A DNA stretch of 64,000 nt from Paraphysomonas bandaiensis (taxonomy: Eukaryota > Protista > Chrysophyceae), in NCBI GenBank assembly GCA_965644295.1, contig CBFFRP010000024.1:11885-75884 (forward strand), written 5' to 3'. Positions 24,734-40,147 of the stretch are shown one piece after another. The position numbers were made by a program, and so were the translations under genes. A model generated the notes under the pieces. It was not told where the DNA came from. It saw only the letters and a program-made list of their open reading frames with translations, and did not search any database. Each line of letters opens with the position of its first letter. Within the stretch, counting starts at the first letter, position 1.

Positions 24734-27108
24734 TCATAATAATGGGCTACATAGTCTACCCAGTAAGAGGTCAGCATGATTTGTGTTCAAAACAGACGAC
24801 AACTTAGCAAATACACCTTCGTGATACTTATTGATCCAAGCAATGTGAGCATCGTCCAACATTTCTGTAACAATCATATCTCTCTGGAACGGCACACAAG
24901 TCAAAGGTTCAAACGCCAGGAATCCATTACTTTCTGAAACCTTGTCTTCAAAATGCTTCTCTGTTGCATCAACAACAGAATATAAATTCTCCAGTCTGAT
25001 ACCGTAATTTCCGGATTCGTAGTAGCCAGGCTCAATGCTCACGATCATTCCAGGAAGCAAGGCCTGGACGGCCTGTGGAGTACCAACCATTGAGCTAATC
25101 CGTTGAGGGCCTTCATGTACGTTCAATGCTGCACCGACTCCATGCCCCGTGCCTATATCGCAGAAAATCAGTAAAACATATTTCACACTCCAACATAAAG
25201 CAGAATGAACGTGCTAAAACGTTTAGCGTAAACATGTACAGTACCGTGACTGTAATTCGACGCTGCTCTCCACAGATGGGTTCGTGCCAAAGAGTCCAGC
25301 ATACAGCCTGGGGTACCCTTAGGAAACACACACCGAGCCAAATCAATATGACCCATCAACACACGGGTGTACATTGCTTTCTACACAGAGATTATTAGTT
25401 GCATGGATATTATAGTCAGATGGTATGAACTGTACCTGCTGTACAGAAGGCTCTCCAGTACAAATCGTCCTCGTGACGTCTGTCCACACGTATTTAGTAA
25501 ATAGAGAAAGAGTTTATGTGTTAACGGAAGCATACCAGTTGTTCCATCTATATATTGTCCGCCAGAGTCAAGAAGAAGGATACCATTACCTATAACACTG
25601 CACGTTTCCTTCAGGGCCCTGTCGAATCATACTAATTACAGATCAAACATTTAAAATAACATGAAATAATGCCTGTAGTGTATAATTGCTCCATTAGGCC
25701 CAAAGCCAGCAATTGTCGGAAACGATGGCCCTATAAATTTTTCTTTCGAATAGGATTTCCTGATGGATGTTAGAATGATGTCTATATCATACTCAGTGAT
25801 CTTTTCTTGTTTCTCTAGCAGCTCCTGTAAAACAGCTAGAAAGTGAACACAAGCCGCTCCATCACGCACATGGCAAGCTTTCATAGCATTAATTTCACGA
25901 CGATTTTTAATTGCTTTCATAAGAGCAATAGGAGACTGAGCCAAAACCCTCTTCTCATGCGGAATGAGGCTGCGAAATTCGTAAGGTATACACAATATCA
26001 CAGACGATAATATACCTAGATACCGCATCAGTAGTTCCGTCCTCATCAACCACAAACCTAATATCATCTGATTCATCAACGCGCCGTTTTAGGTCACCTA
26101 TAAATGCGTCGTAGGGTTGAACAGAAATATCATTGTCTGCAAGATACTGACAAACTTCGGGATTCACTTTCCTATCATCAATATGAAAAACAACTTCACC
26201 TGATGCAAAATTACTTTAACACCAACTAAATAATGGAGCATACTTAGAGTGATTGTCACATACGCAACAGCTACAGGGTTACAGGGTATATCTGCCCCTC
26301 GTATATTCAGAACCCACGCTATCTCATCCAGCAGGGTAACAATGAGTGCACCCTTTTCCCCGCACTTATCAACTATATACTCTCTAATCTTGTGTAGCTT
26401 ATCTCGGGTGGATAAGCCTGCAAAAGCAATGTCATGTACTCGAATAGGGGAAGCTGGAGGTGAAGGGCGATCATTGCCCCATACTTTGTCGACAAGGTTG
26501 TCAGATAAGGCTTTCAAATGTATATTGTGGGATGATAGATCCACACGGGCAGTGCTAATAAATTTTGATGAATGGAGGAGTGGATCGTAACCAACAGCAG
26601 AATTTCTTGGCAGAGACATTTTTAAAAAGGTTATGTAGTCTGGAACACCCTGTCAAACGAAAAAATGAATCGCACAACAACGATTTACAAGTAAGTCCAC
26701 ATACTGGTTCTCCAGATTTCATCAATGTCCATTCGTTCGAATCTAGTTCCTGTTCGGCCTGACCGTAATACCTACATATAACAACGATGAAATCAATGGA
26801 AAATAAGACAGAGTTATATACCTGCCGTCTGTCCATAGAAAAGCTGCTGAAGTGGTAACAATTGCAGTGCCTGCAGATCCAGTAAAGTTTGTCATATACT
26901 GGCGACGATCAAAACAAGATGCAGTATACTCGCTCATATGAGGATCTCCTGATGGAATAATATATGCATCAATTCCATTAGTTGATAATTGTTCTCTAAG
27001 TAGTCGTAGTTTAGAGCATGTAGATGCATATCTATAACGTAACGGTAATCGGCTTATAGTAATATTGCAAAATCTATTAGATCGAAGCATATGTCGAGAT
27101 AACACCAT
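24734..27108 (-). CDS. Xaa-Pro aminopeptidase (aminopeptidase P, peptidase M24B), multi-exon, probable mitochondrial presequence
   Basis: DAYIIPSGDPHMSEY, FTGSAGTA, LDEIAWVLNIRGADIP, FPTIAGFGPNGAIIHY, HGTGHGVG..LNVHEGP, SIEPGYY..YGIRLEN. Confidence 0.93.
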
Positions 27109-28350
27109 ATTGATCCCGTTATAAAGGTAGCATTACTAACAACACCAAGTGTGGATCTGAAGAGCTAGTGCAGCTGTGCAGTCTTTCCTGCTGTGCGTTC
27201 TTATATATATATACGCTACTGTACTGCTATACCATATGCATATATATGCAATCAAACAACAAACTTTTGAGGGCATAAATATAATGCGATCTAATTTTAG
27301 AAACTCAAAATAAGGGTTTTTTATGCATTTGGTGATAATATCAGAGTTTTAGGATATCTAGCTGAACCGTGTCCAAAAAAACAAGCCCAACACTCCAGTT
27401 ATACCCACATACAGCATACTCCTGTATATATAGCAGTATGTACCACTTTTGTCCATATGATTTAACCATATCTTTATGGTTATACTTAAACTAACAGTAG
27501 GATGAAAAGAGATAGAAGATATCTACAACCGTCATGATGCCTTCAATCCTTCCACTGGAGGGATGCATGTTCATTGGGTGACTGTTAATTGAGACATACT
27601 GTGTCTACGTATAAAACCCATAAAAACTCCTTTACGATATAAAAAACCAGTATTTTCCAATATCTTGTAAAAACTCAATGTGCCAACTCCGGAACTCTCT
27701 GCTGTGTCCACATTCTGTACATACAGACACTCCGCTGCATATCTACCACTTGACTTCTATATATTACAGTCATAAAACTATTAATCTTAATGATGATTGT
27801 TGAATTAATTCATTGAGATGAATGTGTTCTTCCAGCTGCTCCGTCCTTATCTATCATCCTTCCATGATATGTGCAACCGTTCATTCTCTTATCAGTGAAA
27901 ATAATCTTGAGTGTACTGAAACGTTCATGATGGTGTGCATACAAGTGATTGCATTTATGGTACAGACCTGCAGACTAGTACTACTGTCAAGCTCATCATA
28001 TCAGTGCAAAGCAAACTAGACATTGTAACTGATAGTTCAAATGGTGAAAACTCGAGCGGAGAGTGCCCGTATAATCGTGATATTATACAGATGATTAAAA
28101 CTTAAAACTATAGAACAAGATAATTCATTTTTTGGCCATTGTGTAATATGTTCTACTGTGTATCTAGATTTTATTTTTGAATAGGGTTAAAATTACTGAG
28201 CTTTGAACTCATTTAATTATCAATTTATTGAAGCAGTGATATATATCTCTCATCATTCATTGTCGTTTGCCATTTACACTGTAATATATATGTAGTAAGC
28301 GGCCGGCAGAAGCAAGCACACTTATTTCGGAAACAATCTTCCTTGCCCAC

Positions 28351-28509
28351 TGCTATTATATATGTGTATGTCCACTGGTCTTATATATGTGTATGTCTAC
28401 TGCTTTTATATATGTGTATGTGTACTGCTCTTATATATGTGTATGTCTACTGCTCTTATATATGTGTATGTGTACTGCTCTTATATATGTGTATGTCTAC
28501 TGCTCTTAT
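28351..28509. repeat. 25-bp minisatellite, ~6.4 copies
   Basis: Tandem TGCTCTTATATATGTGTATGT(C/G)TAC units, alternating C/G in the later copies. Confidence 0.9.
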
Positions 28510-29453
28510 CTCGACCACACCCCCACCACGCCACACAGCGGCATCTCCGCCATAGAGTTACACTCTCACCTACATATCGTCCCATCCACTCCCCAACACT
28601 GTAGTTCAGGTCCGCCGGACACATTGCCCAAAGGTAGACACCCCGACTAACCTCACAACAAGGGGCGTTTGCACCATGGTGCTCGTAGCGATGCGCAAGT
28701 AGTCTCCAGAATAAAGAATTGATCTTAGGAATAGTAACACAATGTTGTGATTATTAGAGTGTAAAGTAATGAACACGATAGAGTGAGAATTATTGATCAT
28801 GTATCTTCAACAAATACACTCTCCAATTCAGTTCATGATATATTACCAGACGGTTGATTCATCATAGCAAACCAAGCTAGTAAGTCTATAGATATATACA
28901 TAGACTCTAGTCACAACCGTTCTCATGTAGTAATCAGATATTCTTATATGTAATAAGCGAAACTCAACGCTGCGGCCGAAATATTTGTATAGGCGGGGCA
29001 TTTCGAATGTAAAAAAAGTATCAGAGCACTTAGACAAACGTTGTCTGTGCTCTCCTTAATGCCATTTAACAGCACGTATAAACCTGCTGACTCACAAAAC
29101 ATAACTATGTGCTTGGTAAGTTGTTAGGCCAAGAAATTGATTTGTGATATGATGCTAACAGCTACAATGGAACTTTTTAACTACCTGCCAAGTAAAAAAT
29201 ATTTAATTCAGTTCGTCAAATTAGCTCTGTTTGCTTGCTTCTGAAAACATTTATCATTAGAATCTAGGAGATTATAGAAACATACTAGAATCACGCAAAA
29301 ACAAATCAATTGTAGTAATATTTGTATATCTAAAACTTAGTGAGACGGCCAGTAGAAACTAACCACCAAGACTGCTACCTCGCTTACTTGATCTGAACAG
29401 AAATAATAAAAATATATCAGCATATATATAGTATAAAGCTTATAACCAGTAAC

Positions 29454-32400
29454 TCACCGTGTGAGCATGCTTTCCATGCTCCTCCTTTGGGTAAACTTAA
29501 ACTTCTCGAAGCGCTTCTGAACATCACTCCCAGTTCTCTCTAATTCTACATCCGCGACACGCGCGTCCGATACATACTTTTCACAGACAACCTCACTTGA
29601 ACTTGACACAACATTATCTTTCTGTGGATTGTTGTGCCAAGTGGTCTCTTCATCACGAACATCTGTGGAGTCTTCACATGCACTTACACTGCATTTCAAC
29701 TCACTGTATGATTCATTTCCCTCATGAGATCGTGATTCCATCGCACTACTTTCAGCACTACTACAATCCCTATCATCGTTATGGACGCTTCTACTGTTAT
29801 CATTATGCATCATTTCACATCCTGATTCCACGTCATGATGTAACCTACTCGCTGCCATTTTACTCAGAGGAGAATTGACACAATCGGACGGATCAGAAGA
29901 ATGTAGAAACGATACCTCGCTGCTGTTTTGTATTATATGTTCGTCAGCAGGGGTTCTGGCAAGGGAATACTTCACTATGTAATACGCAATAACTAATGCA
30001 CCCACAAACGCTACAACCCCTATATATAAGGGGTTATCCCTTAAAATCACCCATACAGTGAGCACAAGTGCCACAACTATAGGCTGGAGACTGCGTACAA
30101 CAAGGCGTTGCAAAGGGGGGGGAAGAGCACCAATCCATTGCAGAAAAAAGATAGCTGCCGCAGTAAGTGAGAACCGCTCAGTTCGAGAATACAGAGAATA
30201 TCGACCAGTGATGGGAAGGGCGTGAGTTGTATTCCATTTGTATCCTATCTCGCCTGGAAAGTATGACCTAAAAGATCGTACTATTGAACTTTCAAACGTG
30301 TGTGGATAGGCCATTGCTACTCCAGTTGAAACGAAAAAATACCGTGGAGCATCAAGAACAATTTCCCCAATGTACTCATCGTCGTTTCCACAGGCCGATG
30401 AAATAGTTCTACGCAGAGCTGTTAACACAATCTGCACTTCGTTTTTCGCTAAGCTTGGAATAACGTACTGAATAATGCAGCACTCTGATGTCTACAAGCA
30501 AGAATCTAAAGTGTAGAAATTAACAAATATAGTGGCTATACCTCGAAGAACAAAATTTCCACCGCAATTTGAATAAGGCAAGCTGTTACAAACATTTTCT
30601 GCCAACGCTTTCCTCTTTCAAGCCCGCGAAGCATTGAGAAAAACACAAAAAACAGGTTTATCAGAATAACAACTACCCAGCTCAACACTTGAACCCACTT
30701 ATTTACAATCCATCTGTTACTGAAGCTGCAACAAATGTTAAATAAAAACACCGTGATGTACTGTAATGCTAAGTATACACACTTTTGCACTATTACTTAC
30801 TCATATTCCGACTTGTTCTTAAAAATCTTCGCCACAACAGTATCTCTCTACAGAGGAAGAAACCCGTCATCGTCAAGAACGTTAATACGATAAAATCAAC
30901 ACCCTACCCCAAGAATGTCGAGACAAAATAGTTGTATAATTTCCATTCCTATATGGGCACTTGAGGCGTTGACCAAAGATGCAGATTTTTCTTCCGTGGC
31001 CTTCTTCACATATAAAAGCTCAGATTTGATTACTTCCTCGCACTGCTTATTGGTAATATTTTGGCAACACATATATCTATAACTCATCACCGGATCTGAA
31101 GAAAGAAATTCACAGTGTGCATTAATTCTATACTGTTCAATCAGAAGAAGCAATAATGAGATATTTATCTATCCTGTACCTCCACTTCGAGTCGAATGCT
31201 TCTAACAAATGTTTTTGTAGTAATTTTCGCTGGTCAACAATATCTACCATAAGTTCTGCGAAGAGCAACTCTACCGCCGCTTCGTCGCCTTCAACTGCCT
31301 GCATTGAATCTATTGTGTTTTTTGCACAACTGAGTACGGGGATATAATCAGAACGATCCTGTGAGACAAGTTACCACGTATAGTATTTCTCTGTCAGAAA
31401 CTTACGCCTACTTCTACCAATGACTGCTGCCGCTCTATTTTTCTTCTGGAAATGAAGCCATCGTTTGTTTGACGAATTGAAGGAATGATATTCTTCGACG
31501 CTGCAGTCGCCAGTATATGCGACTCTTGTACGCGCGGAGGAAGATGTTTACTACTTCGTAGAGATATAAATGTTCCAGACGATTGGCGATTGAAATGAGA
31601 AGATATAGCATTTGTCAGCGACTGTGTAGCAGACGAAGCTGCATTAGAGAGGCGACGCGCAGTGGCAGAAAGTCTTCGTGTCAGTCTATTCACAAAGCCA
31701 TTTCGGTCAAACTCCTCTTGATGTAATGACTCTTGTGTGGGAGATGATAACAACTCAAACAAGAAATCGACAAATAAATTCATTGGGGCTGTGAACATCG
31801 CAACAACTACGGAGAATAAAACGACAACCTTCAAATACCTTGTCATGGAACCGCTCATCCAAATAAGCAAGATTACCTCTATAGTCAACTCAGGGTCTGA
31901 GTAAACACACCGGGGCGACCCGTCTTCTTCATGTACACTTGAATCATGTCGTTTCCAGGAACACATTGACCTTGACATGTCGTATGGCAGGGTAGCTTCC
32001 GTACAGTCTTCCTCGGTGGTATAGTTTTTGCACTCACCGTTGTCATCCGGAAACTAAACAGTAAAAATGTGAATATAAAATAAAATATGTTCATATACAT
32101 ACCTCAGTATCATACAAAACAGCAAGCAAAAACATTAACATTGACTGAATAGTAAGCACATACAATACAGAGAGAACTTTGATATTAACCGAATTGTCAC
32201 CGAGGTTGGAAAACACCAAAAAACACCGATGATGTCTCAACAATTCCTTACTTAACTTGGACAGAGAAGATCCACACCGAAACACTTCAGGGCAAACTGA
32301 ATTCACATACGCCAATAGGATATCATATATTTCATCTTTCGAACACGAATCCTCTCGTTTTAACGACTTGCACATAGCAGTGAGTGTATCAAAACTTATT

Positions 32401-35400
32401 TCCGCTTGCGTACTCTTTGCGTTCCATATGATAACAGCTATTGCAAAAAACCCAATGGCCCACATAATGCCGAAGAGTAATACTACATGTAAACTATATT
32501 CAACATCCGATTCAGAATCAAAATTACGAGCAGTAATTACAGTGTCCTCAGCTTTCTTCAGTTCTGTCGATGTGATTACCCCTACCTCCATTACGCCCGA
32601 ATCTTGAAAGGCATCCAGACGACGCTCATCGGAACGGGGTACGATCTCCCTATCGGTGGTACAAAAACAAGTCGCATTATGCGATGAATAGCTCAACGTT
32701 TCGCACCTAACACTAGCACTATTCAACACTTTGCACCTCGGGATAAGTGCTCTTTGTGGGCATACAGATGTCTGTACAAGGTCGCTTCCATTGCAATAAT
32801 GAACAATATCATGCCCGGTATTGTTCTCACAAGAATAGTAGTACGTTGCAACCTCATTTCGATTGCACTCTGTCGTAAATGATATCGGGTTTTCACTGAT
32901 TGTGATATTTACGAAATCATTGTACTGAATGGAAAATATCACCGGTGATGCAATTGTGACATTAACTTCACCTTTTATTGATAGACGAAGAACATTCGAC
33001 ACTAATGATAGATTGTATAGTTTAGACTGCAATGACAAAAGGGAAACGCTGAGCTCGTTTTGACCAGATATTATCGTGCATGTTGATGGTATTGATACAA
33101 CGGCGGCCTCCAGATCAGTCCGAGGAACACTTAGTGTCAAATTTTCGTCATTGAGTAGCACCTTTTGAGTAACGAGCCGATACGTTTCCTTAATAGCATA
33201 CACCGATTCTTGGCCAACAAGCATGTCACTCAACACAATATTTATCATTTTGTCTAGCAAAGTCAATGATGAAGTGCTATTCTGCGGATATAACCCATGT
33301 GAACTCGTGGCGGAATCAATAGCGTCCATCACACTCCAAATATCACGATAAAACAAATTATAGTTTGCACTCTTACTTAGCACAACGTCAGACACGTTGC
33401 GTGAGACAACATTCCCAGCTTCTCCAATTGCATATGAATTGATTACGACAGAGGACTGTAAATTAGACCACGATGTAATACTATCTTGGGTCGGATCATC
33501 AATCTGGACAAGCTGGTTGAGAGCATCTAGCATTGCAGTAACTGTATCAGATATTACAATCGAACTTGCAGATGTATATTCACAAGCTAGTCCACTGTAA
33601 CCCAAATCACATATACATTGTGTTGTACAGGTTGGGTCTCCAAGGAGACATATATCTATGGTCATCCCCGAATCATTATTTACAAAAGTGCACTTTCCAT
33701 GACTTGAGCAGTTGTTTGCACAATGAATTGTCTCCCTTACGCACTGTTGATCAATGCAGCTTTCCCATGCTGAACATTCAATATTATTACTACAAGAACC
33801 TCCCAGCTGAGACACATCTTGTGTTGGTATGCACTCTGTGTTATCATCTCGCTCAGTTCCAACATAACTATCAAGACATTTTCCACATGTATGAGCAACC
33901 AAAGTGCAGGGGAATCTATTCAATTCTGAACAATTGGGGGAGTTGAAGCATGGGACGCTATTCACAATAACAGATGACACTGAAATAGTTTCACGAATTG
34001 TATCTGTTTCAATCCCGTTGTCGAATTCATAGGACAAATCTGTTGAGAACGGATACACATATATATCTGCACTGGTTCTGGAGAAGGCATCCAGAGAATC
34101 ATACACGTTAGCGGAACATGTAACTCTCCACAAGCTTGAATTTTTACCTGATGGAAAATAAGAAGATGTATACGTTTTTTCTGACCGGCCATGAACAACT
34201 AAAAATATATCGTAATCTGTACGAAATCCAAATTCGTATGAAAGTAAAAGATCGTCGTCTGTGTACTGAGATGCTGATAAAACAAACGAAGTGCTCATTT
34301 CATACCCACTGGATGGGTTAATTTTAAATATCCCAGGAGCAGGTGGCGTATTCATAGAAACCAAAATGGTGACAGCGTTGTTCTCACATTGCAAAGTGAA
34401 TGAGTATGCGGACATTTTACTCATCAATGACCTAGAAGCGATTACCAAATTCATATCATTCACACCAGGATGTAACTGTTTGTCTATGGAAGTTAACGAT
34501 AAGCCAGATAAATCTAATCCATCATCAGAACGCCATGATGCAGTAACAGTACTATTCACTTCAACAACACCAAGAATAGCTATCTCACTCTGTGGATTAA
34601 CTTTAACAACATTTTCATCAGAATTTTGCACGACAATTCGGGCTGATGACGAAGGAAGTATTGTTACAAACACGTGTGTCTCGCTTTTTCGACTTGAATC
34701 AGAGATCTGCAACGTTATCTTGAGCATTGTCCCAACCTCATTGGAATTACTGACATGAATCTGAAGTTCACCACTTTCGGTAGTATAGAGCTCCGCCCCA
34801 CAATCAGAACTCAGGACAGGCTGTTGTCGATAGCAGGACCATAAAAAATTCAAGTGAGAAATCCCGGGAGCATCCTGGTCATAGCTCTTACCACCACTTA
34901 GTATCAGGGAATCTCCCAACTTTACGGTTTGATAAGATGACCCAGATATAATAGGTACTATCCTCCCACTTTCCACAGTAACATACACTGAGGCCGATGA
35001 AACGTAGTTCGTATTGAAAGCATTGACTAGCACATCAAATCTATACACCGATCCAACTTGCATGCTGTAAGGAGAAAGCTTAAACTTCATATGATCAGGA
35101 GATATCGAAGTCAATGTAGTCAGAAGATCATTTTCCCATACAGACCACGTGTAAACTAAACTACTACTCATAGTATTATTGTTCCAACTACATGGTGCAA
35201 AAAACGCCTGTGCCTTCAAATTCAAGCTTCGTATGGAAATAATACGCCTCGTGTGAGCGCCAATAATGCTGACAGTGGGCAAAGGCTCTGACAGAACATG
35301 CAGATAGTAGGTTGCATTTCCACATGCCCCAAGAAAATTACAAAGCCGTATAAAGAAAGAGTACGATCCTGCTTCCAGTTTGTCACTGGACAGTTCTGTA

Positions 35401-38400
35401 GGAGGCGATATCTCGTAAGAGTTTTTAAAAAATGATTCAATATCATTCACAACAGCACTACCATTGACCTGTCCACTACCAGGAGAGTAGTTAATATTTA
35501 CAGTAAGAGACCCCCAATGTCTCCCACCGTCCCCTACAGAAGCTGTTAAGTCCAATATGAGTGGCTGACAAATCCCAAGTGTTGACGGAGCTGACACTGC
35601 AACATTAGGAGGAATTAGAACAACTGGAGGTGTTGTGTTAACAGTCAGTGCATCCATTGTGCTCCAGTTACCACACTCAGCACTGCTGTATGTACATTTC
35701 GCTCTGATGAGACAACAATTAACACCAATTGTATCTCCTACAACAATGAGGTCGTCAGTGCTTTCAACATCACGGTACCTCACCGCAACATATTTATCTG
35801 AGAGCCATTCACATGAAGCATACTTCGCTCCCCTAAAAGCGAAGAGGGTATCGCATGGGAAGGGAAGCGACTGGCGACCTCTATCTGTAGCGGAGTCGAA
35901 AACTATTTCGAGTAACTCCCCTGTGGTGGAAAACGTAGCCGATAACAACTTCGGTATCGGTGGTTCTGAATTAACCTCGTACACAGAAAGTGTGGTCTGC
36001 TGAAAAACTGCTTCGTATTCATTTGCGGAATCTCCAGAGAAATCGACCACTAACTCATAATCCCCAGCAACCGGTCTATTTAAATCAAAGTAACGGGGCT
36101 CCGACCAATCTTGTGACGTTAATGTTACATTAGGGGGAAAAAATGGATAAAATAGCTCCGTGCTCATATTCCCATCAACGCGAACAGCACTCACAGAAAC
36201 CACTACAAAATTTGACGGCCTACTGTTACCTGTTAGAATTAGAGCATTCTCAGTAATTAACAGCGCGGGATACTGGGTACTTGAAAATGAGAATAATATT
36301 TCCTTACAACAAAGAGTTTGCGCTCGCTTCGTAGTTTGAAGCATGTACTCATAGGTATAGATATCACTCGCTGATGTGCAATACACGTTGTACCAAGTAA
36401 ATGGATAAAGTGCTGATATATGTACTACACCAGACATTGCATAGTGCTCTTCCACTAAAACAGCAGTTTTCGACAAAGGAATTGTAGTATTCGTCTCATA
36501 CGCAGAACATAATATCGGCTCAACGTCAGCAACGGAAACAAAAATACGTAGTCCTTGTCGACAGCTTTCTATTGCTATAATTGACAGCATTTCTGAAGGG
36601 CGACTAGAAGGAAGAGCGGATGGAGTAAACGTAGGGTCCATGCTCCATAAAAACGAAGATGGCAGTACTGTGGGGTGTGGTGGCCAATGAATAGATGGCT
36701 GTGATGATGGGACACTTGTTAGAGGCGTTATCTCACAGACGTAGCCCTTTTGGTGGTTCACTTCTTCGATTTCCCACAATCCATCTTCCATCATAATAGC
36801 TGCGTTGCCATTCTTGAGATCAATACCAACTTCAAAATTAGTGTAATCGGACTGGGGTTCAACATCGTTATCCCACATCCAAACGCCGTCTGAATCACTA
36901 TCGGAAAACCCAATGTAGACGCCATTCGTACTCTCACATCCAAGCGCATCACCAACAGCTTCCACCAGATAGGAATTCTCATCATCGTCCTGAACTGCAA
37001 CTAAGTATCCACCAAGCGAATTGCAATATGACTGAGCTGTTATGTAATTGTAAGGGTTGGATTGAACCTGATAACAATGGCCGCCGTAGAGACTGAAACC
37101 TGCTGGACATTTTACTGTTGTGGAAATAGAACATGGAACGCGTGAGGCTTCACAAGTATACGTATTTTTTTCCTCGCACGAGCAGTCTATCCAATCCCCA
37201 TTTTCGATAATACAAGCACAGTCCATGTTTGTGTCATACTCTACCCAATTGGTATAATTCCCAGTCCCAGATCCATCTTCCCACAGCCAAATCCCTTCTG
37301 TTATGGAATCTGTATACCCAATAAATCCTTTCCACAATAAGCAGGAATTAAAATATGCACTCCACGCTACATCAAACACACTTTGCTCATTCGCAGTATT
37401 TATAGAGACTATATATCCGCCATTTTTCGAACACTCCGACCTAATGTCTGTGAAACTTTTTTTCGACGAACTGAAGTAGTAGCAATAGTCACCGTCATTG
37501 TATGCATGAAAGCCAGGTGGGCAGCAATACTTGGATGTTGTAGGAGATATTGTAGGATACGACGATATAAAATTGATCATAGACGCATTCGGACCTAAAT
37601 TATAATTTACTCTAACCTCATCGTCACTCAGGGCACCGTCCCAAATGCGAAACTCATCGAATAAACCAAGCAAGCCGTCATTCTCCCTACTGAGAGAATA
37701 CAACGCCTGGTCACTACTGTGCGGTATTGGTATACCATTCATAGGTAGTTCACCCGTTAGTTCTCCATTTATATACAAGCGCATCGTATCAGAAAACTCA
37801 CTGCAAACCAAGGCAATGTAATGCCATGAGTTGTCGAATACAACATACGATACTACATTGACATATTGCTTGCCATCATCACTGCATATCGAACAATACA
37901 GTGAGCTAAAAAGCTGTCTCCGCGAGCAGAGAATATAGGGGCAAGTATCATCACTGCTCCCAAATTGAAACACCTTTGCATTACCAGAATTTTCACCGGC
38001 GTAAACCCATGCTTCAATAGTGACAGCTTTCAGGGAATCCAAGAGTGTATTAGGAAGCTTCACAAACTGATTCACATCATCAAAATGAACCTTACCATCA
38101 CTTATATATGCACTATTGAATAGCTCCCCATTGAAATCAGTCCCCCCTACAGAGTCAACTACTACGTTACTGTAGTTTGTTGTAAAGGAGTATCGATGAA
38201 TCAGTGATGCCCCTGTTATCTAACATCATACAATCATATTCCATAATAAATAACACTAACCGATAGAACTTGTCCTGATTTCATCTTTACCATCACTATT
38301 CAATAACTGATGAGAACTACTGAACTCATTACCATGAACTACGTCCTGTGACTGCAATGAGGCCAACACAATGCATCGATAGAGTGATAGATAACATAAA

Positions 38401-38438
38401 ACAAGAATAATTAAGAAACATGAAGTGTGTTTATACAT
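29454..38438 (-). CDS. Giant polycystin/REJ-like surface membrane protein: signal peptide, LamG-like, two C-type lectins, PT/PS linker, REJ, EGF-like, GPS-like, multi-TM C-terminus
   Basis: TIEAWV...LYINGEL...FDEFRIWDGALS (LamG). Two CYY/CYQ..C...GGY.V.I...IG.SD...G.W.W (CTL). SYDQD...NFLWSC, NTPPAPG...PSSGY (REJ). CSSHGKC...CDLGYSGLAC (EGF). Hydrophobic TM exons at 32.5-29.9 kb. Confidence 0.85.
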
Positions 38439-38797
38439 ATATAAAGATTAAAGTTCACCAATCAGCATTGTGGATGATTCAGTATCTTAAAGGGACCAAG
38501 TTATCTAAACTTCATTTCTAATATATGATATGTACAATGCATGTCCTGGATGTCACATAATACATATGTGAATATGCATAACCATCACAAACTACATAAA
38601 ATAAAGTTCGGACTACGGAGTATACAGATGGCGTATTCCTGTATTATTATGGAAGGAAGGAAGGGTGTGGAAGACTTGTATATGTATATATGTAGCATGT
38701 TAGTCTATCAGCTATACAGTGTTGTGTCAATGCAAGTCAAAGAGAAGTGATCATAATAAGGAGTAAGAAATAATAATAGGACTAAAACTGCATTACG

Positions 38798-39702
38798 ATG
38801 GTCAGTTTTAAAACAGTTTATTTAGTTTCTCTGCTATTCTTTGCAGTTTCTGCGAAGAAGCCGACTAAAAAGCCCTCAAACAAAGATGGACCCCACATTG
38901 CATGTGACGTGTGTAACAATGCAGTGGATAACTTATTTGAGGCTGTAAAAGATGCTCGTAGTAAAGCTCCTTATCAGAAACTAGATGAAGGAGAGATTCA
39001 GGATATAATTGATTCCATTTGTAAAAATGATGACCCCAATGGGGAGTGGATACGCCGACTTGACATAGTGGAGAAACTAAAAGAAAAGGGTACTTTTCTC
39101 GAGTTAGATGAGCCTGGAGGGGTATCTAAGTGTGGTGTGGAATGCCAAACAATCACAAAGAGCTGTGATGATTTGTTTGAGAACGACATTGATGCAGACG
39201 AATTGTCCGCTATGCTGTGGAAGAATAAATTATCCAAGAAGGAAGCGAAGGTACTGTTGTGATGGTATTGCTAGCCTCACTTATCGTTGAATAAAACAGA
39301 AAACGGTATGCAGAGAGTGGTCCAATAGATGCTCCAAAAAGGCAAAGCCAATTACCTTTGTCAGAGAAGATGAGCAGTTCGTTGAAATGTCGGACAAGGA
39401 TCTCCAAATGGAACAGTTAATGGCACAGATGAATGCAGCGGGTATGATAGTGTGATTTATTTTATATACATGTAGTGAGAAGTGATCTAATTACAGGAAT
39501 GGGTGGTATGAGCATGTATAACCGAGACGATATGGAGGATATGGTGGCGAATGGGGGGTTTGGCGGCATGGGTGGCGATTATGATGATTACGGAGATGGT
39601 GGACTTGATCCAGAGATGGCTGGGGGCTATGGTGGTTTTGGGGATATGGGTGCAGGATTTGGAAATGCAGATGACCTGCAGAATAAGGGATACGAGCTTT
39701 AA
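38798..39702 (+). CDS. Secretory-pathway canopy/saposin-like protein (3 exons)
   Basis: Signal peptide, IACDVC, CGVECQTITKSC and an exon-2 C...C. Gly/Asp-rich tail ends GYEL, a KDEL-like ER-retention signal. Introns at ~39251-39299 and ~39443-39497. Confidence 0.7.
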
Positions 39703-40147
39703 ATGGGTCGAGGATGTATAGCTCGTAGTTAAGTTTTAGTATCTGTAGATAGATGGTGCGATTCGTTGCTGCTATCACCTTAAAATCAATACATTCTCAT
39801 ATTAACATATCGTCGGTATGTATCAGTGATAGCTCAACACGCATAAGTGTGTCACTTCTCAATTCTCAACATCATCTATTTCTGAATACTGGCTGTTGCC
39901 CTTTGTGACTGCTGCAATATCTGAACGACATCAGATAACTTTTGTGTTGCAATATCTCGGATTCGTGACTGTATCAAATAAATACTGGATTTAGTTATTA
40001 TATATTACGATAATAATGATGTAACCACATCTCGTTGTCGCAGTGAAACACCAAATAAAGGAAAACCTATGTCTCAACGAACAAAGACAGAGCAAACTCT
40101 ATACCGATGCATTATAAATGTAAACAAGAATCCCCAATGCGTAAACA

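Noticed and set aside
28343-28650. Short repetitive ORFs
   Set aside because: These are translations of the 25-bp minisatellite.
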